From assembly GCA_003344405.1 (NCBI GenBank), contig NOWV01000001.1:248001-312000 (forward strand): 64,000 nt of DNA, written 5' to 3'. Positions within the stretch are counted from its first letter, which is position 1; each line of letters opens with the position of its first letter. A program made the translations under genes and the position numbers. Source of the stretch: Trichoplax sp. H2. Its lineage: Eukaryota. Shown here in pieces: positions 14,271-29,200 of this stretch. The notes under the pieces were generated by a model. The model was not told the origin of the DNA, ran no database searches, and saw only the letters and a program-made list of their open reading frames with translations.

Positions 14271-17200
14271 AAGGATGATGCATATGGTACAATTCAACTA
14301 CTGTATCGCTTCTTCTTTCAATCAATCAACAGAATTGCATTTTTCCCTTAATTCTATTCTCAACGCCCAAGACGTAGACCTAATTGACTATAAGTAGACC
14401 ACTTCATGGACTGTTTTATCCGCCTTCTAGCCTACTGCTTCCCCTTTATCAGCAACAGTTTATCAAAGAAAGAAATCAATGAGCCCAATAGTAGACTACC
14501 ATTATCCACAATACGCCAAAATATCACCATCGCACTATTCTAGTAGACTATTCTAATCCATCAACTGACTAATTGTATATTCCACTTTCCGTGATAACCA
14601 TCACCCTTGAACTCTACTCATACTTCTATTTCCCGACATGGATTTATTATTTTTTTCTTCTTCTTCTTTGCTTGTTGTAACATCATAGCAATCAGCATGA
14701 GTTACTCTCTTCAAATTACTGTCTATCATAGTTTACAGGTCCGGTCACTAGGGATCGTGTGATGACAATATACGCCATAATTAGAAAATTTCTTTCATTG
14801 TCTTTTTTTACAGTTTAGTCAACTCAATGCACCTTGTGTTATCAAGGTATCCAAGAAAAAAATACTCTGTGGTTAGGGAAAGTATAGAAGATTCTGATAG
14901 GTAAACAGCTAAAGCGTCATGATGCTTGATACGGTACAATACTGTCAACAGCCATAAAACTGTCCTCCTTCAAACCTTGGTCTATCCCTATCATACGGAG
15001 GAAATAGAATAAAGACTACGGTCGTTATACGGAGGACTTTTGAAGAAAAAAAACTTTTCTCTTTCTATTTACAGTATAAGTCCCCCTGCCTGTACTGTAC
15101 AGTATTCGGCAGTATCCATACTCTACAGTACTGTATTGTACTGTACTTTCAGTTTTGCAGTACAGTACTGTACAGTTTGTCCCAATCCCGAAAATCTTTG
15201 AAAATAAAACAATGAAATTTCTGTCGATTTTCAATAAAATACAGTACAAGTCAATCGATAGAGGAAGAGTTAAATTACAAGAATCCGTTGACAGAATTTG
15301 TATAATGTACAGTCTACATACTGTACTGTACATTATGACAGTAGAGCAGAGGTTTTCTTCTCGTGAAACATGTCTGTGAAGTATGCAGCGTGCGCGTCCA
15401 ATTCGTATCGTGATCGTTCAATCGATTCGTGATTCGCTATAACTAAATGGATCTTTCTGCCGTGAATGAACTAAACTATGATATGAACTTGCATTTCATT
15501 TAGTGCAATCGAACGCTACAGCACCGTGCTACACAGCAGTGCTCAGAGTAGATCTATGTGTACGTTTTTCTGCCTAGATGTTGTAGCTCCGCTGGAAGTA
15601 AAAATGCATCAGCACATAAATAGCTATCGCCAATCAAAACAGTAATGAAGAATTCACTGATGACACTTTTTACAAATCGATCAACAACTAACTTTTTAAG
15701 CTGTAATTCTTTTATCAACATCCATGCAGTAATAAACTCTACAGTACAGTATTTGTCTCCATACAACATTATTGATGAAATTGTAAAAAAATGAATAGAA
15801 CCTCACTACCTGAATCCATAACGACAGTGGACAGGATAATAATTACTGCATAGCCTCCCAATTTGTGATTAGTGATTACTTTGACTCTGTATCATTAATT
15901 AGTATAATTTGCGATTTAAAAACACAGAAATTAATTATTGATTTACCAAAAGTGGATACTGATATCCGAGTTCACTGCACATTGCAGTGATTGAACTTAT
16001 TTTTGTTCTTATTGAAAGCTTCTAATTGTCGCATGTCGATCACGGACCTCATCTCTTAAGTTAATGAGTAGCAAAAGTTTAGACAGCTTAGTGAGCTCGT
16101 TCAACTAATATACAGTACAACACTGGTTAATAGAGTTACATACGTGTAATTTTAACTTTCCTTCCAACCAATGGTCATCGCACTGTTTTACATTTTATAC
16201 CGCTGTATTACCGAGCAAAAGCAATCTATGCAGTAAATCGGGAACCCATATTACTGAGAATACCTTCAAGTTTGTGATATATTTTTACATGAAAGGCAAA
16301 TATAGCAATACCAGTGATTATCTTTCGATTTAATCATAGCTTAATAACGTCACAAACTCATTATACAATGTTGATATATACTATTATATCCCTATTCTTG
16401 CTATTCTAGGTGTTAGTAGAGCAACGTATAGCCAAACAGGTCAATTTTTTTTAACTTGCTTAGATGGAAAATGACTAGACCTATAGCAATTTACGTTTCC
16501 TGTAATAAGGTCGGAATTTAATTGATTTCCAATTCGCCTAATGCAAATCATATTGATTTAGTAAAAAGAAACAACACTATAAAAATAACAAATATACGTA
16601 ATATTCTATCTCTTGATGAGATAAATGATTAGCATGCCAAATGGTCGAGATAGCGGAGGTTACTATTTTTAATTCCATTATAGATACTCGTTCCTCCTCA
16701 ACTCTACTTTGTCATGACGACGCTATCAATACACGTTCAACAACTCCATGTCTACGGTACGATGTAATGGATCGTGTCAGTAAAATAATAAAAATTTATA
16801 GAGATCAGATCTATTACTATCCCAAACTCGATGTCTCAATGGTAGGTCAAAGGCTTGTTTTTGATCTAGTGTGCAAATAACTTGCACATGTGAGTAATAC
16901 GTAGCAATCATTCATTGGCCAGTGGCATCAAAACAGAATAATTATGTATATTAGACTAGTAGATGGACATGGACGGTGATATTTGTATTTTTGTGTCTTT
17001 GAATAAGAGAAAGTGTGGACGTGTCCAACTGTCTATTACGCAATGAATATCTTGAAATAACAAGAAGTAACTACGTCATATAGGATATTTCACTTAATTT
17101 ATACTGTATCCCTACAGCAATTAGCTAAACGAAGCAACATGAGATCATCCATTTTTTGGTGATACTGTATCTTTCAATCTTATAGAGCGCTATCGACCTA

Positions 17201-20200
17201 AAGAAATACTAGATATGCAGCATATGTAAAGCAAACACGTATATAGAATGTTGCATATTGATATACACAGAGTGATAGAAAGTTAATTTCAGTGCAAAAT
17301 AGCCTAAAAACGATGCCAAGCTTTTTAAAAATAATAATATTGTGGGCGTCTTTACTGCTGACAAAGGAATAATTACAAAATTTACATTATAAATATAGCT
17401 AAGGCTTGGTACAAATGTGCTCTTATCATGTATGTTTTGTATAGGTTAAACAGTCGCATCAATGAATGAATAGCAAACAGTACTGTAGCATAGAATTGTA
17501 AATCATCAATTAATGGTCAAGATGAATATATCAAATCGTTTATCATTCTACTATATTCTACTGGTAGATACGCGTATAAGAGGAAATATATCCTGTGATC
17601 AATAATGGTAACAAGATGCTGGAAATGACATCATATGCATCGAACTTGGTGCATTTGACATATGTATAACTTACAGTGGAATAATAACGCAAAACGAGCA
17701 GATCGCGTCAATAATAACATGAAAGAAGCTACTACCATGCCAAAAATAAGAACTAAAAATAATATACACAAGCATGACTATAAACAAGTCAAGTCAAGGA
17801 TATCATTACTATGCAAAGTTGCTTACTGTTAGTAAAATACCTATCTTAGTTGGTCCTAGCTGTCAAGATGATACGAATAAGAAACGCTGAGATCAGTTGA
17901 GCAATGATGCTTGCAAACCGACGACGTAGTAATTTTATACTCAAATCTAAGGATTGGCTATTACTATTATTATTATATTATTATCAAACCATACAATGTA
18001 AATGAAGATAATGTACTACATTAATGTTACGTAAAATATAATAGCTACAATAACGCACATTAATATATCTTTCTTTACTTGAAAAAATTTGCCTTTATTA
18101 GAAAAAGAAATTAAGAAGAAAATGGGATAAATTTCAACTGAGAGAAAATAAAAAAGTCAATCGTGTCTAACAATAGACAGATTGTCATCAACAAAATTAA
18201 AAGTTATAGCTGCAGTCTTCTATCAGAGAAATAAATAATATGCAAAACAAAGCTATTTCAATAGTACTACGTCGATGTAGACGTAATATAACCATTGTTA
18301 TTTCTAATTAAGAGAGGAGTAACTGAAGATAGCGTTTCTAATTAAGGATAACAAATATGATAAGTCTACCGTACATATTTGAATTCATTATTATCAATTA
18401 CATCTGTTAAGAGTATGTGCTGATCACACAGAACGATCTATTTGCTACAGTACTGTATACGATAAAGTTAAAATGCTACTACCCTCACCATTCTTGTAAT
18501 CATCAATTAATTTATTTTTATAGCAGTTTCTGTCAATATTGAAGGTATTATCCAGATATTATAAATTAATGGTTTGATTGCAGTTGTAGGATACTACTAG
18601 CTAAGACAATGAATACTGAGAAGAAAGAAATATCGATAATAACAGTACTTGAGAGAGAAAAATCAAAAGAATTTAAAATCACTGTGGAAGTAAATCATCT
18701 GAGTCCATCTATCTTGCTTGCCGGAAAATACCGTCATTTTTTTTAGCATTGCTGATAATGATAGGATGCTTATTCAATTGTTAAATAAAACGAAGGTATT
18801 GATTTGAATTGATGCTATGGCTAGAGCCGAATATTACAACAGGATAGTATTTTATCAGTTAATTATATTTCAGAACTAAAGATGCACAGTTGACGATAAT
18901 TTTGCTACCATGGTGATAATCGTCAAAACAATAACCAGTAAAACTAGATAGAATATCCAATATTTAAGTCTAAACATATACTGTGTAGCGTATAAATATA
19001 CAAACACACGTATATGTAGATAAATCTATTTTACTTTTACAGTAATTTAATTTGCTATTGTAGCTTTCTTATTCTATTGATTTTTATGCAATCGACATCT
19101 ATAAAATAATGCGGCAGTTTCTCCTTCCTAATAAAAAATAATTTGAATTTTTTTGTTTTTCAGTTCATTTATTACGTTGTTATTGCGGTAAATAGATCAA
19201 AATTGATTTTGATCATAAGATCTTGTCTATTTTTAAAAGCATATTAAGGCTAAAAAGTAAAATATCATGACTACACCTCTCTATACTCAATATAATATCG
19301 ATTTATTGCTGTAGCACTATCTTGATAAAGTCTCTAACCATATTCTAAAGCAAGACCACGAAAGTGAAAGTGAATATAATAATAATCCATTATCCTTCGA
19401 TTGAACCAGGGGAAATAGTGAATAGTACGTATGATGTACAGATACATGATATGAAGTATCGCACAATCATTTACTCGACTATTGGATATTAGCGATAGTC
19501 TATTTTAATTAAATGATACAATCAACGATATTCATATTCAGAGAAAAATGATTCATTAATTCTTTCACAATAAATAGATTGACTAGTTATAAAAAAATTC
19601 GTCCGGTGACGTTAATATGGATTACAATAATACAATCATTTATTGTTATGATAAAAGTTGGACAATAATGAATTATTATAATCATATCATAATCGCAACG
19701 ACATTGTATTTAGTACATGTTACCAGTTTCTATTAGGTCATTAAATTATTAAGGGCTAACTGATCATATGTTTTCTTTCACTCCTTTTATCGTAATTCAA
19801 CAGAATATTATTCATTAATGCTACAGATTATCCATGTTAAGATCGCTAAGATAAAATTTTAGGAATCAACACTACTAACTTCGTTACAAGCCGAGTAAAT
19901 AGAAAAAAGTGAACATGACTTTGATTATATGAAAGTTAATGGACTACAATCAGGGCATACTTTTTATACAAATTTATCCTATTAATTATGGCAATCTATG
20001 CACTCAATGAAGTATAGAAAATAAACAAGCAAATTTATAAAAATACTACCAACAGAGGAAAAATCTAGATCAGGATATTCTTTGTATCTTTGATGGAAAA
20101 AAAAAAGAAAATTTCATTGGATCGTTAATTAAAACATAAATCAGAGTCATTGCTATAAGTATAATTTAACGTAAATGTAATTTAATCTCATTTAAGAAAT

Positions 20201-23200
20201 GAATCATTATTTCCCTTTATATCTACATTTATGAATCCTTGTTGTTTTGGTACTAGCCGTATAAGTTATAGCTGTAGACAGTGGTGGTAAGTGAAAGCTC
20301 TTCTATGATCATACACGTAACTATTTTATTAACGTAACAATTTTGTTGATTTATAATTAGTTCAATGTTGCTGTTATCAGCATAGTTCTTGCGAGAATGA
20401 TCTAATGTTATCGGATTGCTTCTAATAGAGATACAGTCAGACACGATATCACTGTCCTATTTTATAAAAAATCAACTTTAAAATGAACCACTGTTATTGC
20501 TTATATACTGTAATATGCATATGCAACTTCTATGAATCATATGCGACACTCTTTCATTCAATATAATCTATCGGATAGCAAGTAGAATAAAGTCATCATT
20601 GACTATTGAATCGATTGCTACTTGTATTAATAAGCAAGGTCTATTAATAATATGTCGGCACTTGCTGATTAATAAGTCAGTCAACAACAATCGCATTTAC
20701 AGAACTAAATAAATGAATAATAGATCAAACTGCTATTAACTAACTGAATATGGACAATTGAACGTTGCCGCACCAACGATACTTGAGTAAAATTAAGCAT
20801 AGAAAGAATCAATTAACTAATTATCTATTCTTTCAATTTAATAATTCATTAGCTGTTCTATAGATAACGTTTTTTTACAAGATGTCGAGAACAGTAGCGA
20901 TGAAAATCAATAAAAATGTAAACACCAATTCTTCATCAGTCATTAAAGGATAATATAGACGGTATACTTTTTCATTTTCTGCGTAAGTAACAACAAATAA
21001 GTTAACCATACCATCAATCATGTGACTACTTAAGTGAGAATTGAATAATAACGCCTTCGTTGGGATATCATTAAATTGATGTTTCTAGAAAAAATTAAAA
21101 TCATATTCCAAAAGACTGGAAAGAATTCCTTAGCTTGAGTAATATGACCACAAGATGACGAAAGAACTATTTGCCATATCACTATTGATTGTATTTCTAA
21201 TTCTATTGATTAGCTTCAACATATTCTCTGTTGGCTGTTATTAGTAATCTTGAGTCATCGATTTCGATACAGAAATTAGCTATAATTTTACAATGCTTCC
21301 AAGTAAATAATTTTAACTTATCGTCATTAGCACCAAGCTTTAGAATGTTTAAAACGTTCATCAAGTATCTGTCGTAGTATAAAATTAATAAACATAGATG
21401 GCACAAAATCGCTACTTTATCTTGGGAGTATTGCAGTTACTTAACGCGTGTACTAGTATTATTTTGATAAGGCAATTTATTGTTAAAGTTAACCAAAGTA
21501 TAACTGTATTAATTATCATTCATAGTCCCAAGCTTTAATGTCAATTTTATCTTTTAAAATGTATGATAGTAAATGAAGTAGTATCATGCATATAAAATTA
21601 AAATAGAGCATTGATTTATTTCCAATGAAAAATATGTTACCTCCGTCTTGTTTACCACTCTGCATACAGGCTTCTTGTTTTCTTTATTCATCATCATTAC
21701 TGCATCAGAGCCATACTTAGAAAAGCCTTTCATTGCTGCAGCACTTAGTTATTGTCCAATTTCAGAAAGAATTCTTTACTTATTACAGTGTTGTATTGTC
21801 AATTAAAATTCTCTATTTTTGGCCTATCATTTTAAATGAGCTAACGTAGCATATTATTTACTCAACGTTAATACCTTCTTTCTCATAATTACACAAATGT
21901 AGAGACAGATCACTGGAAATGATGACAACTATCCCACTGTATATAAATGAAATGATCAATTTGTCTAAAATCCATGGCTCTATTTTATTTATACCCTAAA
22001 TTTCTTCCTTCAATAAGGATCGTCATTCAAATACTCAAAATGATCTGGTCGAATATTATTTTAAGGATATAAAATTTTATGGCGATTTCATCATATCGCC
22101 ATACTTTTTTGATATAAGATATTTTTTTACTGTATAATTCAGAAATTCGCTCTTGATCTTCTTTTTTGACATAATTACAAAATTTAAACGATAACGGAAC
22201 GTACATTTTTATATTATCGCAGTTATAATGAAGCAATATCAATAAAAGTAGTTAGTGGTTAACTCTTCATTGATGGTATATTGGCAGGAGTAACGATGAA
22301 AACAGCTGATGATCGATGTAATTCATACATTGTTAATGTAATATTAGAGCATTTTATATTGATAATGGTACTATCGTATATCAAAGTTTGCCTATGAATA
22401 GCGATTCTTAGAGGTCAACAGACTATTATTTTCATATTAGTAAACATAGGTAGCCTATTCTTTTGTATTTATGTGACGATACTACTGTATTTCTGTGCAT
22501 AAATACGTATCCACCATTTCGCATATAGTACTATCACATTTAAAAAAATAAAATTTATGAGATGCTTGCCCTATTTGAACAATCAACAAAGTCATCTTAA
22601 TCATAACGAACATATTGCTTGAAGGAGTTTCACATGTTATTGTAATTTTAATTAGAGTAAAGCGCTAAAACATCTCATTGAGAATTAATCATGCGATACA
22701 TGATCGCAATATACCCGTAATATTCATGCTTTAGAAACAATGTCGTATAATGATGAAATAACTAATCAATAGGTATTTATGATATTTTACCATAAAATTA
22801 CATTATCAATAGATTTAATTAGTATGATGTTATTTCGGTAGATCTCTTGGAACTTTTTGCTTGTTCCCCCCCCCCATATCAATATATCAATATTGCATAA
22901 TACTAATGGAATAATTTCATTCTAGCCAGGGCAATGACCAATTAATACTATGGATTTATATATAGATAACCAATCTCAGGCAAAAGTAAATAAATTCGAT
23001 GTACAAGTAACATTATATAATAAGTAAAGGTAATTCATAGCTTATTCTATATACCGTACGGATCGAAAGTAACATTAATGAATCATTCTTCAAATCATTT
23101 ATGACATAATAGAGAATATGTCGTATTGATGGTGTTTATTCATATGATTACTTGAAATAATACAGCGCGTAGACTCTACTTAGACAACCTGAACAATCAA

Positions 23201-26200
23201 GAGATTTATTCATAAAATAAATAAATAAAATAAAATGAGTTTCTATCTAATTATTTTAATCATATATACTAACATATTACTCAATTGAATTGCTTTCATT
23301 TCGTAAAAAACAATCAATTATTCACACAAAACGTTGGAAATAGAAAGAATTTGTAGTTTTAGACGCAACTGGATGAAGTAGAGCATGATATTGCTTATTT
23401 ACTCTTTGATATGAATGTTAATCAACCTAAACTTAAGCTAGTAGGCTTGAAAAACATTATCATCTTAAGCGAATAACTACCATCATCAACTTAAAAATAA
23501 TTTATAAGACGAGAATGTTATCTTCTATTTCAATAAATCAAATAACTAATTGATATTGACCAAGTATAATTTATAATGACGACTAGGAACTTGGAAATGA
23601 CCTCATTCATGTATTGAAATCGTCCTGCTAGTGTCGATATCATACGTATACGGAAATTAACATTTTACTCTTCTACGGAAGATATTTAATGACCATAGAC
23701 GACGCTAGACTAGAAAGAAGAAAAGAGTAATGAATTGACACCTCGTTGTTGACAATTCTGTTATCAATAACTAGAAAGATAATATGACAACAAGTTACTT
23801 CACAATTTACTGGAAATTGGCCATGAGCATAAGTCATCTTTTAAGGACAATGACTATATTAGACAATATTACTTGGAGAAGGACGCCTACGCTAATGGCA
23901 ATTAAACGCATCCATTGATTCTATTTTGGCATCTTTGAACACTATCTTCCTTGTTCATCATCTGCTTGTAAATAGGAAACATAATCTAGTCGTTGTCAAG
24001 GAATATGACAATTAGCACAAACAATACTATCTCAACTATCAAGCCAGTAATATTGAGTTGGTATGACTTACTTTTAGACTGAAAGGGTTTACAGCCCTTT
24101 CTTTTCATCATTGTAACTTGATATCCATTTTATTTTGTTTAATAATACCTATGTAATTGGACACCATATTGCTTTTTAAGGCAAGAATAGAATTCTCTTG
24201 TAGCATCTTATTGTTGAGCAATCAGTGTTTTGCTCTTTTTAAAAAATACATCTACATAAGACCTAGACTAGCTATTTCTTTCCACTTTTAGTGCTCTTTG
24301 GATACTATAAAATATTGAGATTAGTTGTGATATTGATTGGAGATAAACAAGTATTGTTTCGATTTTAATTTTTTTCCAATGAAGAACCATTCTATAACTA
24401 CTGTACTAGGATTAGAATACAACATACTGAACTAAAGTAATAGGATGAATTCTCATTTTCTTAGCAAGAGGCATAGCCTTAAAAATGGATGACATCATGG
24501 CTATTATGAAAAATAGAATTTAGATGAAGTTATTATCTACTACCAATAAGTTATTGCAGTCACGCTATAAGTATAAATGATATAGTTAATAGTTTAACTC
24601 AAAATTGGCTTACGAGGAGAAAAAAAATCATCATAAAATTGAAAAAAATACCTATGCCACCTGATGGTATTGAAAGTTATAGTATTAACAGAAGGTAGTA
24701 GAGATTGCTGTGCAAGCATATTACTCTACTAGGCTCAACATGAACAAAATAGAAAGAAAGAAGAAGAAAAATAGTCTATAATTTGTAATCTAATAATATT
24801 CTAATCGTCTTTTTACTAAAAGTAATTATTAAAATAAAAAAATAACAATAATAGTACTAATAACATTTAAAAAAAATACTTTCATTTATGATTCATATAT
24901 AATATAAAAATAGATCTCTATTGATACCCTAAAGATATTTTTCCATTCCACTCATCCTAGTGCTCATGTGTTACTAATCGAGTTATTTTAAAGACGTCAT
25001 AAGCTGTCGAGAATATTATTGGCTAAAAAATATGTAGCCCTTACTCTAATGATACTACCACGTCAAGTGACAGCTGTATGAACTATTCTACATCATGATT
25101 GCATTGCTATACTCCTTATGAACTGGTTATAACATTGAATAAAAATTCTCTGATATATGTATACTACCATGTTGTCATCTTATTTCCTTTCTATTTGATG
25201 CATTTAATTCTACTTCATAGAATGCCTTCAAGCATCACATTTCTTCTTCCGATATCGTCATTATATCAAGTAGTAATTTGTTGTGATGTACTATATTTAG
25301 AACTAATATTGAAAAGATAGCAAATTTCCTACTATTCTCAAAACGATTATCGGCTAGTTTACCCAACCCGAAAAGTATACGGTACGACTGACAATTTAGT
25401 AGATAGAAGAAATGTTCAAGTAGATTAATAGTATTATACTATACGTTAAATGCGTATGGTGGCTAGAAGCTGCTCCGATTCCAATCTGTTTGAACTATTC
25501 TCTACTTTGCCATACCATAAAAATGATGATTAGAATATTTCCTTTTCTCATATTTAAAATTCATCATTCTTGCAGCATTTCTATTGTGGTAGTTGTGCAT
25601 ATGTTAAGGAACTTTAAAACAAATATATCTGGATAATGTTGTGTTTCCTAGAACCGAAAGGGTTGTAGCTTTACAGCCCTTCTTCTACTGTACTATGATA
25701 AGATTATATATTGGCTCCACAAAATGGGTCCATTCGATTTTTATACTCAAATAGCAGTAGTTTTACAGAGCGAAGATGTTGATAGTAAAGAGTACGCATA
25801 TATTATTGAATGATAAGTTTCATAACAAATAACATTGGATAGCATTCTATTGAAAACTAAAAGAAATAAGAACACCGGAGACAGTCCAATTGTAATCAAT
25901 GGATATCAAAGAGTAAAATGTTGGACAAATGGACAGATACGCCTTAAGCATTCTATGCTAAGTAATAACTGATATCCGGAATACGGTAGTCCTGTGACAG
26001 TTTTAACATAAAAAAGACGTCATTGATATTACATCAATAGCATAATCCGATTTGTGTACATATTTGATTGAGTCTTTCAAACAATGTTAATACAGAAAAT
26101 ACGTTGAAACTCAAGATGTATCTGCTTTTCGATTACGATTGATCATAAGTCAAGAGCGGGTTAAAACTTTCTAACCGTCTTCTATTATCCAAATTATGAG

Positions 26201-29200
26201 TATTTACCTATTTCACCCATCATTTAGGTGAAATCTTTTATAGCCTGCCGGCATGTAATGTTGTTTTCTATGGATTACAAATGAAAACGTGCTTTCAATA
26301 CGAACTGTATTGAAATAGAATTGATCAGCCTAACTAATAATGGTATTCTATACATCTTGGAATTATGTAAACATGGCACTGATTCTACAAGAACTAACTT
26401 GATTATTGATTGGAGATATTCAGTAAAGATAATACTTAAAGTTAGATTATAATATTAATATTGAATGTAGCGTTCTATTCTTATAATGCTAACTAGGACT
26501 GGGCTATCAATCGCGGCATATTTTGGCCCTTCATCAATCATAATAGCGATTGCATTAACTTTTTCATTTATTCCGTTTTTAGTCTTGACTTATGGCGATA
26601 GTTGTAGCTATTTGTAGTCAAGATGTCCACATATCTAGTGTCATAGCCTTCCTATTTACAGAAAGTTGCATTGATACTTCTATGTTTTCTAGTGCATAAT
26701 AGATGATACTAAGTAACTATTGATTTTTTATTGCAAACTGGACAGTAGCCATCATAATATACAATCATATTAAAAATTGGGGGGGGGGGATTACGTTCCT
26801 TCGATTTTTTAATGCTGTAAACATCTCAAGTAAACGTTCATACAAAAGACAATCAAAAACAAGGATCTGCCCAATTTTATACGTAAATGGCTTCTTTAAT
26901 TGATTATGATTAACCATTTTGCAGAAATCGAATTTCCTGTCTCATATTTCTTTCCGAGAAACTTACATCAATAAATTAAATCAACCGTAATTATGATTTT
27001 TCATTTTTTCTAATCTGTTTACGTTAATCATATGAGACTCTTCATTATGTAATAAGTACTCTTTCATGAACCAAATTTGGGAAAAATTGGATGTTATAAC
27101 AAGAGTAAAAATAAAAGATTGCTCTAATATCAGCTGGCGAATTTTAAATTGTTAAATATACAAATACAATTCTCAAAAGATTTAGATGAAAGCTATTATA
27201 GATATTGTCAGTCAAAGTATACACATATATATATAGGTTAACATATATATATATATATATAGTTTATACCTAATCATTTCGCTAGCATACTTAGATTAAA
27301 TACTGATTATATATGTATAATAAACTGTTTATACTACTTATACTCTATAGAGTATCAAATTTTCTTAACTGTCGTGATCTAGCTATCCTTAATGCTACTG
27401 TAGCGTAGTTATTATTGCTTAGTGTACATTAGTAGTCCTATATATTGCAATGTACAGAATGTGATCATCTTACAAAGATTAATACAACAGATGAGATAGT
27501 ATCTGTCCCATGATAACATCTCAAAAATGCTTAGCTTATCCTAGAATATCTTTGCGGACCATAATTACGGTACGGGTAAATCTGAATTTTGACTACAGTA
27601 TAGAATTATATTGTCAACTTGGTGGAATCGTTTTTTGATAGATCAATTCTACAATGATATTAATCATTCAATGATAGTTGCTATAGTTAATCCTTTCTCC
27701 TAATATATAAAAGCAGCACTTAAATCATAACTCAATCCAAATTCTATTGTAGTATCGCCCAAGACTGGAAGCAGTTTGACCTAAAGAGTAGGATCTTGGG
27801 AGCTCATCTAAACAGGACAAAAACTGTAACCTAATGAAATAATATCCCATCTTCGAAAATTGTATTAAATAATTTATAGTAATTGAATTTAAACTATCAA
27901 TGAGGCTATTGACAAGTAAGAGGGCCTACTTGAGGATCGTATCTACGAAATAATTATTATTTTTAAAGTTTATTGGAAATTTGTTTGTTTAATAACTAAT
28001 CGTGATTTGATAATGTAAGTAGGATACAGACTTTGTTTGTTAACATTAAGGCAACATAGTTATTATCGTCTCACCCGGTATTTTTTGTCTATATTGGTTA
28101 TCTTTTTACTGTCTAATCTAACTTATTCTCTGATTACTAGTAATTTACCGTAAACATCTATTATTATCATTTACTAAAAATTGAACTCTTGAAATAGGCC
28201 TTTTTAATATCCTTAATTATTAATTAGAAACCACCACCTTTTTCCGCGAAATAGCGTAGCAAATTATTCCCATAAATATCAATTATCATTCTAAACTTAT
28301 TTGTATCAAATAGTACTAGTACTCTTATCTAGCTATAATTAAAATATCTCGTTTTTATCAATAATGATTGGCATAATGCAATGTATATTACATCAGTTCT
28401 TGAATTGCCTACGACCACCATCAATTTTTAATATTCTAGAAATAGTAGCGATCTAACGAAGCCATGCTAATTGTTCTCCCTATTAAATTATTCAATAAAG
28501 GCTAAAAATTAAGCTAACATTATCCATCGATATGCTAAGTAGCTATAATGACTATGATCTCTTTCCTATCTTTGACAATAATCACTTATTTGCAATGGTA
28601 CAGTAGATGCAATGGAAGAATTATGACCCATCATTTCATTTACAAATTATTAGTAACTATAAACTTTAATTAATTGAATGATTAAAGGTATTTTAACCGG
28701 CAAATACATTAGTAATAGCTGACAATAAAATTAGAAATTATTTTTAATTTTGTACCAATAAAGCGCCATATAGTATTCTGTAATGATTATGTTTCTATTT
28801 ATCTCTCTTTGCTGTTAAGAAAACTGTAAGCGATCTTTAAATTTTATCTTAAGTTCTCTTCTACGTTACTATAATGTTTCATAATAGCTCCAAGAAGTAT
28901 CGGCCTTGTTAGCGTTTTAATACAAAATAAAGCATCCATCATAATAGATTACTGAATGCTTAACTATGCTATGAAAGTTGCATATGGTCTTATCCTTAAT
29001 GTATACATTAGGCTATTGATAGTAGCCCGTAATACCAGTAAGTTAATTAGAAAATAGTATTACGTACTGCATCTTGAATAATTACCATAATATTTATCGT
29101 TATTGATATATAATATATTACATATGAGATTGAATTCTAGGACCCCGAAATAATTTTACGCGTTCCCTATCATATACTTGCATATGCAATATTTGTATAT

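Noticed and set aside
13552-15379. ORFs rich in STVQY/TVLYC
   Set aside because: Translation artefacts of the ACTGT/ACAGT pentamer repeats.
16641-16880. 79-aa plus-strand ORF with a weak internal ~42-bp duplication
   Set aside because: No homology recognised and no convincing splice partners.
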